In this document: positions 19,112 to 28,215 of the stretch, in pieces | Layout: every line of letters starts with the position of its first letter | How positions within the stretch are numbered: the first letter of the stretch is position 1 | The notes under the pieces: model-generated | Database searches by the model: none | What the model was told of the DNA's origin: nothing | Seen by the model: only the letters and a program-made list of their open reading frames with translations | Position numbers and translations under genes: made by a program | NCBI GenBank assembly: GCA_964632485.1 | Contig: CAZWDO010000008.1 | Location: forward strand, 124,001-168,453 | Direction: 5' to 3' | DNA length: 44,453 nt | Source of the DNA: an uncultured bacterium | Lineage (GTDB): Bacteria; JAGOEH01

Positions 19112-20001
19112 TTATGACGTGTGGTTGGATCCTGGTTTTGATAAACATCTTCATTGAAAAAATTGATAGTGGTTTGATTTTCAGCGCCGGAAAGACTGAA
19201 TGTATCGGCGTCACATCCGTTAGCGCAACGGGAGGACGGAGTGGCGCCAACAGTGCAGGAACCGCCGGCGCGCAGGCCGATTGAGCACTGGGTGTTATCT
19301 CCCGGCGAACCGTTTACGCAGTTTCCGTCGCCGTTGTTGCAAAAATCATTGGCATTGTTGCCCAGAATGCAATCCCCTCCGTAATTTCCAGCGATGTTTC
19401 CCATCAGGCAGCTATTCTGCGGCCAGTTGCCGTTATTGCAATCTCCCCAGTTATAATCATCATCACACCCGGCGCCGCAAGCCTGAGTGGCCTGTTCCCC
19501 GCCCCAACAGGTTCCGTAAGCATTATCTCCCCCTTCATTACAGGCAATCTCCGCATCGCTGCCAACCAAACAGCTCCCCCCATAAGTACAGGTTCCTGAG
19601 CTATAAGTATCACAACCACTTGCGCATCCCAAAATGGCATCGCAACCATAACGACAATCAGCATCCACATCATCGTTGCCGCTATTGCAATTATAAGTAA
19701 TTGTGTCTGTGTCGCTTCCGTTGTAACAAAAAGCTGAATCGGTTGAAGAGCCTGAATTGCAGACATCCGCATTATCGGCATTTCCGCCGCTGACGCAACT
19801 GCCAGCCGCATTGGCGCCTATATCGCAGGCCCAGCCGGCTACTGCTCCTTGCCGGCATTCCTCGGTAGCTACCGATCCCGCCAGACAATCAATCGAAGCG
19901 TTCGATCCCAATTCACAACTGGTAACCGAAGTTTGACCCACGGCCTGGCTTGTTAATGACATAAAATCGTAAATTTCCGGCTTGACATAGTTCTTTTTCA
20001 T
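19108..20001 (-). CDS. Cys/Gly-rich repeat protein with YxxP leader; candidate very large RiPP precursor
   Basis: ATG at 20001 behind AAGGG gives MKKNYVKPEIYDF..., followed by 23 CxxG repeats (27 Cys in total). The stop overlaps the kinase start (ATGA, 19108-19111). Confidence 0.75.
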   Translation of the reverse strand: MKKNYVKPEIYDFMSLTSQAVGQTSVTSCELGSNASIDCLAGSVATEECRQGAVAGWACDIGANAAGSCVSGGNADNADVCNSGSSTDSAFCYNGSDTDTITYNCNSGNDDVDADCRYGCDAILGCASGCDTYSSGTCTYGGSCLVGSDAEIACNEGGDNAYGTCWGGEQATQACGAGCDDDYNWGDCNNGNWPQNSCLMGNIAGNYGGDCILGNNANDFCNNGDGNCVNGSPGDNTQCSIGLRAGGSCTVGATPSSRCANGCDADTFSLSGAENQTTINFFNEDVYQNQDPTTRHK

Positions 20002-20184
20002 AAGATTATTCCCTTTGAATTTCTTATTAAACTTATCATAATTTATTTTTTGAATCAATCAGTAAGCAATACTATAAATAAAATATATAACTTTTTTAAA
20101 AAGTCAATAAAAAAATTATTATAAATCTTTTAAATATTTATCAGGATCAGTTCGTTTTTATTTGAGCGAAACTATAATAATTGG

Positions 20185-22044
20185 CTACAATTGGCCGTTC
20201 CACCAGTAATAGATGATGGAAGCGTATTCGTGGAGAATTCCCTCAATCTGGTGAAGTTGGATTTTCTGTTGAAAGAGGGGAAGCCATGATTCGCGATGGG
20301 CATAATACCCCCCATGGGAGGGAGGTGTCCACGTGATTTCCCATTCGGGAGCATGCCTGAGGGCGACTAACTCCACCCGTTTCATGTGATAGGGGGAACT
20401 AATCAGAATGATCTGCCGCCACCCGAATTTTTGTGTGAGTTTATATGAATTTTGTACATTTTGGATAGTATTGCTGGCCTTGTCATCTAATAAAATCAGT
20501 GAATCGGGCACACCCAATGCGATGGCCAGACTTTTCATTACCAATGGTTCCTTGAACACATACATGAAACCGGATGAAAAAATCAGATGCCGGGCGTATC
20601 CCTGGTGAAAAAGCTGAACAGCCGTTTGCACGCGTTCCTCATACCCCTGACCGGCTTCCCCCGATTCGCCCACACCGCCGGCGAAAACAACAATGACGTC
20701 GGCCGGTTTCGGCAAATCACCTTTTTTCAGAGGCCGGGCCAGATACCAGAATAAGGGGGTGAAAAACACTAAATAAATGAAAAAGACAATCCAGGCGGCA
20801 AGTATCAGGGTTTTATAGCGAAACTGATAATAGTTTTTGGCAAAATAACGCAACCAATTGGTTTCCAGTTCCGAGTTCTTGCGATTGAGCGCCGTTTCAA
20901 TTTTGTCGTTCATAAATTCGATTTTGTTTTCCCAACTATTGGCGGTGGCTATCGAGCGACGGTGAGCGAATTGCGTGTCAGTTTGCGGAGCAGAGATAGT
21001 TTGGGAAAGCGCCTGGGCGAATTTTTCCGGATTGTCGGCAATTGTTACAACTCCCGGATAGTCGCGCTCAAAATACCGAATTTCGGCTAAATCCGTTGCT
21101 ACCACCGGTTTTCCCCAATAGAGATATTCATTGAGTTTCGTAGGATAAACATTTTCCGTATAATCGGTTTTCAAATAGGGAATGATGCAGGTATCAAACT
21201 GGGAGATATAATGAGGTAAATCAGTATGGTCCTTTTTTCCAAGTAAATATACATTGGGGTGATTTTCGATTTCACTAATATCGGTTTGGCGGGGGCCGAT
21301 AAAGACAAATGAATATTCGGGGAGCGAACGAATAACCTTCCGCAGTAAATCGAAATCAATCCATTTATGGATTCCCCCCACATACCCGATTCTCGGCTGG
21401 GGTATCGCTTCAATGTCCTTGAAAGAGAGCGGTTCAACCTTAAAGTTTTTTAGCGAAACGCCGAAGGGCACTAAATAGCATTCTGCGTTCCATTGCTGGG
21501 CTTTATCCATGAGTTTATGCGATGTAACAAAGACAATATCCGCCATGGAAAAAATTTTCTGTTCACTGCGCAGAATTTTCGACGCTTTGGCTGAACTGTT
21601 TTCAAAACTGTCGATGCAATAGTAGATAAAAAGCTGCGGATTGATTGTGGGAACTAACGTTGCCACTAATGGAGTAGGCAGATAGGTGATAACGATAGGA
21701 TTTTCGAAACGCATCAATTTGTTCCAGCGACGCAAGGTTTGACGCAGGATGAACGCATTGAGCCAGGTTATCGGACGGCTGTAGGGAAACGGCAATAGGA
21801 CCGGTGAATATAAGTAGAGGTGTTCGTTTACTTTACGAAATCCCCGAAAGGAGTGGAACCAATTGAACAGGCGTTTCTTCAATCGGCCGAAATCATGGAT
21901 GCCAGGGGAGCGGACTCCCGTATTTTCGATAAACAGGATGCGATTACCGGCCGATGCTAATTGAGAGGCTATTTCCTGATGGCCTTGCCAGATGAAATCC
22001 CAATCGATAGTCGAAATGTAGATAATATCTTGTTTTTGTATCAT
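20185..22044 (-). CDS. GT-B glycosyltransferase (TuaH/GT4-like) fused via a TM helix to a YdcF/ElyC (DUF218) domain
   Basis: N-terminal WDFIWQGHQ, IGYVGGI, PTKLNEYL...GKPVV; TM segment ILAAWIVFFIYLVFF; C-terminal ADVIVVFAGG, ERV, FSSG, SNTIQN, SSPYHMKR and LHEY. Confidence 0.85.
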   Translation of the reverse strand: MIQKQDIIYISTIDWDFIWQGHQEIASQLASAGNRILFIENTGVRSPGIHDFGRLKKRLFNWFHSFRGFRKVNEHLYLYSPVLLPFPYSRPITWLNAFILRQTLRRWNKLMRFENPIVITYLPTPLVATLVPTINPQLFIYYCIDSFENSSAKASKILRSEQKIFSMADIVFVTSHKLMDKAQQWNAECYLVPFGVSLKNFKVEPLSFKDIEAIPQPRIGYVGGIHKWIDFDLLRKVIRSLPEYSFVFIGPRQTDISEIENHPNVYLLGKKDHTDLPHYISQFDTCIIPYLKTDYTENVYPTKLNEYLYWGKPVVATDLAEIRYFERDYPGVVTIADNPEKFAQALSQTISAPQTDTQFAHRRSIATANSWENKIEFMNDKIETALNRKNSELETNWLRYFAKNYYQFRYKTLILAAWIVFFIYLVFFTPLFWYLARPLKKGDLPKPADVIVVFAGGVGESGEAGQGYEERVQTAVQLFHQGYARHLIFSSGFMYVFKEPLVMKSLAIALGVPDSLILLDDKASNTIQNVQNSYKLTQKFGWRQIILISSPYHMKRVELVALRHAPEWEITWTPPSHGGYYAHRESWLPLFQQKIQLHQIEGILHEYASIIYYWWNGQL

Positions 22045-22234
22045 AGTTTGGGTAGTTTATGATTATATCATTTTCGAGCTAAATACGGGGTTTGGCAGCC
22101 GCTTCGGATAGATTTAAAAGCACATTCTTTTTTAAATATGAAACAGATGCCAAATCAAACCGGGCCAGTCAGTAGTGTTTTGCTTCGAGTGAGTTTAAAA
22201 TTTTTATTGGCGTTACAGTATAAAAAGGGGTTAA

Positions 22235-24821
22235 TTAATGTATCACCAGGAATCGATGAATGATCGGCCGGATACCGATTCCGGACATGCTGATAAAATA
22301 GACCCCGGAAGGATAATTGGACACATCGATTTTTAAAATTTTTTCGTTTCGCGCCCATGCCCCCTCATCAATTTTCCGTCCAGCCATATCGAAAATATAA
22401 AATTTTCCATGCGTCGATAGCGGATTATTAAATGAAACATTTAGCTTTAACCGGCATGGATTGGGGAAGAGGGTTAGACTATTCTCTAATGGGTGTTCTG
22501 TGTTAAGTTCTTCAATTCCTGTTGGCGATTGAGTATGAACTTGCCATACTAATTGGCGGAGATAAAACCCTTTTTTCATCAAATGGACACGTAACGTGTG
22601 TGCGCCGTTAGAGACATTTTCCAGTTTGGCGCGGATATAGGTGCGGCTGATCGAACAATCCCCGGTAATTTCGGTGGAATCGAGCCAGCAATGCGCGCTG
22701 TCGGTTATTAGACTGTCAGCGGAAAGCAGTTTGATCTTCAGGGAGATTGTTGAATCGTAAATGATGGTATCGGGCGGGGGAGTCAGGCTGGTAATGGTGA
22801 TGCTGTCTTTTTTGAGTGAGAGGGTTTTACTGATCTGATTGTTGGTCGTATATATCTCGTTGAAAGCCGTGTCGGGAGTCAGCGTCATTTTAATTTTCGC
22901 GCGGTAATAAGCGCCGAAAGAATCGATAGGGAATGCGAAGCTTTCGCGAATCGTTTCCAGGGGGGCCAGCGGTGGGACTTGGAACGCGCTTTGCGCCAGA
23001 GTGTCTCCGCTGGCATAGTCGCTGATCGAGAAATTATACTGAGCGGAGGTGGGAGTGGCGATAACCCCCGCATTTTTAACGAAACAGGTCAGCCATAGTG
23101 AATCATCCGAATATTTATAATCGTAAAATGTAACCAGGTCGGTAGCAGGTCGCATGTAATTGAAGCAATGGACTATGTTGAGGTTGGCATAACCGTTGCT
23201 TTCTCCGGGCCAGTCGTAGTGGATTTTAATACCGTAGTAAGACGGATATGACTCGTTATTAGCGTTTCCGTAGGGATCGTTGAAAATCGCGATGCGTCTT
23301 TCTGGTACATAACCGGTGGCGACTATGTAATGTCCCGAACTGGTGATGGAATTGAGTACCACCATAGGTTGTTGTTGATCAATTTCGCTTTTCAGTTTAT
23401 CAAAATAGGGACTCCAATCGGTTTCAGAATAGATACCGTGTTTTTTGATCAGGTCCCGCATATAGCCTTTAGTATCCTGCAGACTGTTCCAGTAGATGTA
23501 CCCGTATATACCCCAGCCGGTACTTCCATTGCTGCGGGTATTCCAACGGTCATAGGTGACCCCGTTAAGGCTGTAGATTTCCGAAATATAGAGACCGTAA
23601 GTACTTTGGTGCGAAAAGGGGGTATAGCAGTTGACGGGCCAGGGTTTGAGTACGTTGTAATAGATCAACCCCATGATGGTGGATGCCGCGCCGCAGCAGC
23701 CGCCGCCCAATCCTGAACGTGATGGGCTGATATCATAGACCTGGTTAAAATAGATTGTATCGAAAGCAGCAATGGTAACATCTTCAGCCGGGTGTTGAAA
23801 AGGTGGTTGGATTAGAGATATCTTGGCGGGAATATTCGCTTGGGCAGATTGGGCTGGACTGGCTTTTATTCTCTTTTTAATTATGGGGGTGTCGATTAAG
23901 CGCAGCCCGCCATGGGGAAGATATCGATATGATTTTTGTCCCGTATCAATTAAGATGGCTTGGTGGCCGGGATTGATCATCTGGCGATATAATAGTGGGG
24001 AGGTTGACCAGGATTCGGGTTGGAAGTGGTTTTCCCGGGCATGGAATACGTTTTTGCGGCTGCGGGCGGGACGGGTTTCATTGTCATACTCGATTTCAAG
24101 GTAATGAATTTGATCACTGTTCAGCCATAATGGATCATGGCCTTTAAAGCGAGCAATTCGGGTATTGGCTTCCAAATCATGGATGTAGCACCCGCTCGAG
24201 GCGGTTAGCCCCAGGATATAACGGCCGGAAGGAGACCATTGGACTTGAACAAACTGCTCGCCAGGTTCGTGGTATGATGGTAGATCCGTTTCCAGCCGCC
24301 AGTTGNNNNNNNNNNCCCCGGGGATCGGACCAGCAGAGAATTTCTTCGTTTTGAGGAGAGAATATGGGTAAATTGGAAAACCCGATGCCGGGCATTTTTT
24401 TTACGGGCTGGAATTGAGAGTCGAGAATGATGAGCGTATCCCCGCAAAAAAAAGCGATCCATTGCGAACCGATGGCAGGAACGCTAAGGGTTGACTGCTT
24501 TTGCGCGATGAAAATGGTTTGCTGAGAGCGCCAATCATATATCCCGGCGCTTTGGAGTGGGTGGTAAGGATGAATCTGCTCATTGAAATCCTTGAATCCA
24601 ATCAGGCAACGATCATTGTTGATAGAATAATAACCGCCGGAGAAGGGATGCTGGGTAATAGCGTGGATGGCGCCATCCGGGTTAACGATAATCAATCGCT
24701 CCTGAGAATCGCGATACAATGTTTGCGCATTCATTGGGTATTTATTGTTGGGAAACAGCAGAAAACCGGCGATTAGGACCAGCCATGCCAGCTTATTCCG
24801 GAGAGAAACTCTAATGGTCAA
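22235..24821 (-). CDS. Secreted protein: propeller-like N-terminus, C39-like (papain-fold) peptidase, CARDB/Ig-like domains, Por/T9SS-type CTD; one gene spanning the N gap at 24306-24315
   Basis: After the gap, the frame NWRLETD...QWSPSGRYILG...HDLEANT is open into ORF 22235..24175. Motifs: Q...GCCGAAS, GHYIV, NDPYG; tail LFPNP...IFDMAGR...PSGVYF. Confidence 0.7.
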
Positions 24822-24841
24822 TTGTTACTCCTTCGTTTTTT

Positions 24842-24914
24842 CCCCTCGTCCATTTGGGGGAGAGGGTTTTATCTTCTACCCTCGCACCTTTAGGGGAGAG
24901 GGCAGGGTGAGGGG
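24842..24914. repeat. Two copies of a REP-like GC-rich palindromic element
   Basis: CCCCTCGTCCATTTGGGGGAGAGGG and CCCTCGCACCTTTAGGGGAGAGGGCAGGGTGAGGGG, both intergenic imperfect hairpins. Confidence 0.65.
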
Positions 24915-24934
24915 ATTTTATCATTGGGAGGGGC

Positions 24935-26722
24935 TTACTTTACTAATGTCATTTTTTTCGTCAGGACCTTTCCCTCAGGAGTGCAGAGCATATAGAGATA
25001 AATCCCTGTGGGTAATTGGTAGGCTTGATATTCTACATGATGCGATCCTGATTCCAGCCATGAATCGAGAATCGTTTCCACTTCACGTCCTGTTAGATCG
25101 TAGATTTTTAAAACTGTATGCCCGGCCTGGGCCAGCTCGAAGCTGAAGCGAGTGGTGGCATTGAATGGATTGGGATAGTTTTGCATGAGAATCGATTTAG
25201 ATATGGGAGCTTGGGGGCTGGAACTGATATCGCTGTAGATGACGCCCAAAACATTACTGGGTTCACTTTCATTGTGGTTATGATCAAGCGCAGTCGCTAC
25301 CAGATAATAGGGTTCACTGGAGTGAGCGATATTAGTAATCAATGTATCAGTCTTGCCGGTAAGAGCATAAATATATTGAACAGAATCCAAATCAGCGGGA
25401 AGATTGGGCTCGCGGGTAAAGAGATAGAGCGCGTAACGAGATGCAGTTTCGCCATCATCGGCCGCGACGGGTTGGTTCCATCGGACTTGAATCCCGTTGA
25501 CAGCATAAGGATCCAGCGCCAGATTTTGTGGAGGATTGGGCGGGATTGAATCTTTCCAACTCATTACCGGTACTAATGCTGGATATTTATAGTAATTGTT
25601 GCGTAAAGAATCATTGATTCCCTGGGAATTAGAATAGATAAAACTGGCGCGGAAAAGGCATGATCCATCCACAGACCCATTTTCACGGTCTAATTTGATT
25701 TGGTTGGGAAGTTCGGCGGGCGAATAACTGCTGTTAAAGATTTTCCCAGGATAGAAGTGGCGCCCATTTTTGACCGAGGCCCACCAGGGCATCAGCAGGC
25801 TGTATTGTTGTCCGTTTTTATTAATCGCCCAATAGAGTTGCGGCATGATGTAATCGACTGTCTTGGCATCCAACCAGGCTCGGGCATCACAGTAAATATC
25901 GCTGTACGCAGAAAGGCCGACAATGCCTGAAGGCGTGCCGCTCTTCCAGATGCCAAACGGGCTTACTCCCAGGCGGACATAGGGCTTTATTACTTGAATA
26001 GTGTCATAAATCTGGGCGATAAACATATTGACATTGTCGCGCCGCCAATTGGATTTATTAGTAAATCCCCGGTTATGAACGCGCCACGAAGCGCTGTCCT
26101 GGGTACTAAAACTATATTCCGGATAGGGATAAAAATAATCATCAAAATGAATACCGTCGATTTCGTAACGGGTGAGCACATCGACAATAACATGGGTAAC
26201 CCAATTTCGTACTTCCGGCAAGCCAGGGTCCAAAATTTTTAACGTGTTGCAAGTTAAAGTCCATTCAGGATGAAGAACGGATACATGATTAGCGGCCGCG
26301 CTGTAGCCGCTGATAGTTTTTACGGCGCGGTAGGGATTGAACCAGGCATGGAGTTCCATACCCAACTTATGAGTTTCCTCAATAGCCGTTTCCAGGGGGT
26401 CCCAGTCTGGATTGGGCGCTTTGCCTTGTACGCCAGTCAGCCAATAGGACCAGGGTTCCAAGTCCGAATGGTACAATGCGTCGCATTCGGGTCGGATTTG
26501 AAAAATAACGGCATTCATGCCCACCGATTTCAATTTGCGGATCAGGTTGATTAATTGAGTGCGCTGGGTATTAGTAGAAGCGCCGCGAGAAGTGGGAAAA
26601 TCAAGGTTAGCGACCGAAGCGACCCAAGCCGCGCGAAATTCGCGTTTAGCCGTGGATTGCGCTGGTATCGCGCTGATCATTGCTAAATAATAAATTATAG
26701 CGGCGAATAAAAATCGTGACAC
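24935..26722 (-). CDS. Glycoside hydrolase-like family 10 (YddW/DigH type) with FN3 and Por/T9SS-type CTD
   Basis: REFRAAWVASV, FQIRPECDALY, HAWFNPYR, DGIHFDDYFYP, GVSPFGIW, DYIMPQLYW; tail QNYPNPFN...IYDLTGREV...KKMTLVK. Likely GTG start at 26722 behind AAGGAG. Confidence 0.88.
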   Translation of the reverse strand: MSRFLFAAIIYYLAMISAIPAQSTAKREFRAAWVASVANLDFPTSRGASTNTQRTQLINLIRKLKSVGMNAVIFQIRPECDALYHSDLEPWSYWLTGVQGKAPNPDWDPLETAIEETHKLGMELHAWFNPYRAVKTISGYSAAANHVSVLHPEWTLTCNTLKILDPGLPEVRNWVTHVIVDVLTRYEIDGIHFDDYFYPYPEYSFSTQDSASWRVHNRGFTNKSNWRRDNVNMFIAQIYDTIQVIKPYVRLGVSPFGIWKSGTPSGIVGLSAYSDIYCDARAWLDAKTVDYIMPQLYWAINKNGQQYSLLMPWWASVKNGRHFYPGKIFNSSYSPAELPNQIKLDRENGSVDGSCLFRASFIYSNSQGINDSLRNNYYKYPALVPVMSWKDSIPPNPPQNLALDPYAVNGIQVRWNQPVAADDGETASRYALYLFTREPNLPADLDSVQYIYALTGKTDTLITNIAHSSEPYYLVATALDHNHNESEPSNVLGVIYSDISSSPQAPISKSILMQNYPNPFNATTRFSFELAQAGHTVLKIYDLTGREVETILDSWLESGSHHVEYQAYQLPTGIYLYMLCTPEGKVLTKKMTLVK

Positions 26723-27049
26723 TGACTCTCCTTTGGTTAATTGAATACTCTTGATATACTTACATCTTTTGATTATGATCCAACGTGTTTCAGCCAATCT
26801 AATCCGATCGGGCTAAAATACACGTTTATAATAACGATAACATTTATGACTGGAGCAGAATACAAGATTGCAACGTTCAATAACATTACAATTAGTTATC
26901 GAAATATGCGCCTGAGTGATTTCATTCCTCAATCCACTCAATTTCAACCATTTATTATTTTACGATAGAGTGAATGGCCACGATGTTAACTCCGATTAAT
27001 TGCAGACATGAATAGTCCCCTTAAGTATAAATGAATCCTCAATGATGTG

Positions 27050-27591
27050 TCATCGCTGACAGTTAATTTTCTTGAAGATTTTTAAGCAGGGGTTGGATAT
27101 ATTTGGCCAGGGTATTTATAATTGAACGTGAGATTTTCAGGGCTTGTTTCAACTCTTCGTCGGATATATCCTCGCAGGTTGATGAAGGGTCGATCGTTGC
27201 CACGTCCGCGGCAATTGTCACCTGGGCACTGGTGACCGCAATCGTTTCGACGACCGAGTTGTCGGACGACTTCTTAATGNNNNNNNNNNGTTTGAATAAA
27301 ATAACGGTCCAGGACCAATAAATCTTGAAACGGAAGGTTGAGGGGAGGATTAAAATGAGTAAATTCCATTGAGATATCCACCAGATAATGAGAATCAGGT
27401 AAGTCCCTGTTGTTGAGCAGATAATACGCCTTGAAGGTTTTTTCCAGCGCTTGATGACAGTTGAACGACGCCAATTGGATCAAGCATTGGTGGCGTGAGA
27501 GTTCGGCCACTCTTAAGTCTTGACCTGCAAAATAGAGCCATTGCCTGACCTGTTCAATATGTGTTAATTCTTGCGGATTATTTTGATCCAT
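27050..27591 (-). CDS. HEPN domain protein spanning the N gap at 27280-27289
   Basis: WLYFAGQDL, FNCHQALEKTFKAY, SHYL and LDRYFI motifs. After the gap a frame continues to ...EDISDEELKQALKISRSI...CQR* (stop at 27050-27052). Confidence 0.7.
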
Positions 27592-27633
27592 TTATGACTT
27601 CTGAGTTGGAGATTTTAGTATTTATATTCTTTC

Positions 27634-28215
27634 TCATTCAGCTTGAATTGATAAAATTTCCGGGTAGCGGAAACAGGAAAGAAGGTGGTCATTGACCATG
27701 CCGACAGCCTGAATATGCGCGTATATCGTGGTGGAACCTAAAAATTTGAAACCTGTCTGTTTGAATTCGCGACTGATAATATCCGATAGGGGAGAAGTGG
27801 GCGGTATCTGGGATTGATCCGTCCATTGGTTATTAATAGGCGACCCATTGGAAAAAGACCAGAAATAGTGATTGAACGTCCCATGTCTGGCTTGAAGTTC
27901 CAGAAAAAGGTTCGCATTATGGACAATAGCTTGTAATTTAGCGCGGTTGCGGATAATCCCCGGGTTAGTGAGCATCCGATCGATTTCCTCCGTTTGAATG
28001 GCGGCGACCCGTTGGGGATCGAATCCGTGAAACGCGGCGTGCAGGTTTTCCCGTTTGTTCAGCACTACCGCCCAGGAGAGACCTGCCTGCAGCGCCTCCA
28101 GGCACAGGAACTCGAAGTGAAGGCGGTCGTCATGCACCGGCGTTCCCCATTCCGTGTCGTGATAAGTGATCATTCGGGGAGAACTTTCGCACCACGGGCA
28201 TCTGATTTTTTGCAT
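27634..28215 (-). CDS. tag: DNA-3-methyladenine glycosylase I
   Basis: RCPWC, YHDTEWG, LFE-like HFEFLCLEALQAGLSW, IIRNRAK, GFKFLG and GMVNDHLLSC motifs. Confidence 0.95.
   Translation of the reverse strand: MQKIRCPWCESSPRMITYHDTEWGTPVHDDRLHFEFLCLEALQAGLSWAVVLNKRENLHAAFHGFDPQRVAAIQTEEIDRMLTNPGIIRNRAKLQAIVHNANLFLELQARHGTFNHYFWSFSNGSPINNQWTDQSQIPPTSPLSDIISREFKQTGFKFLGSTTIYAHIQAVGMVNDHLLSCFRYPEILSIQAE

Noticed and set aside
19281-19811. Alternative-frame and antisense ORFs over the Cys-rich gene
   Set aside because: These are shadow frames with no motifs, as are the many 60-140 aa ORFs overlapping well-supported genes throughout the window.
20002-20058. 19-aa N-terminal extension of the Cys-rich ORF from a TTG start
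   Set aside because: The ATG at 20001 has an AAGGG SD-like sequence and places the YxxP motif at the usual leader position. The extension is AT-rich UTR-like sequence.
22235-24175. C39-like peptidase as the leader peptidase of the RiPP-like cluster
   Set aside because: It is a secreted CTD-bearing multidomain protein, not an ABC-transporter-fused C39, and is separated from the cluster by an unrelated gene.
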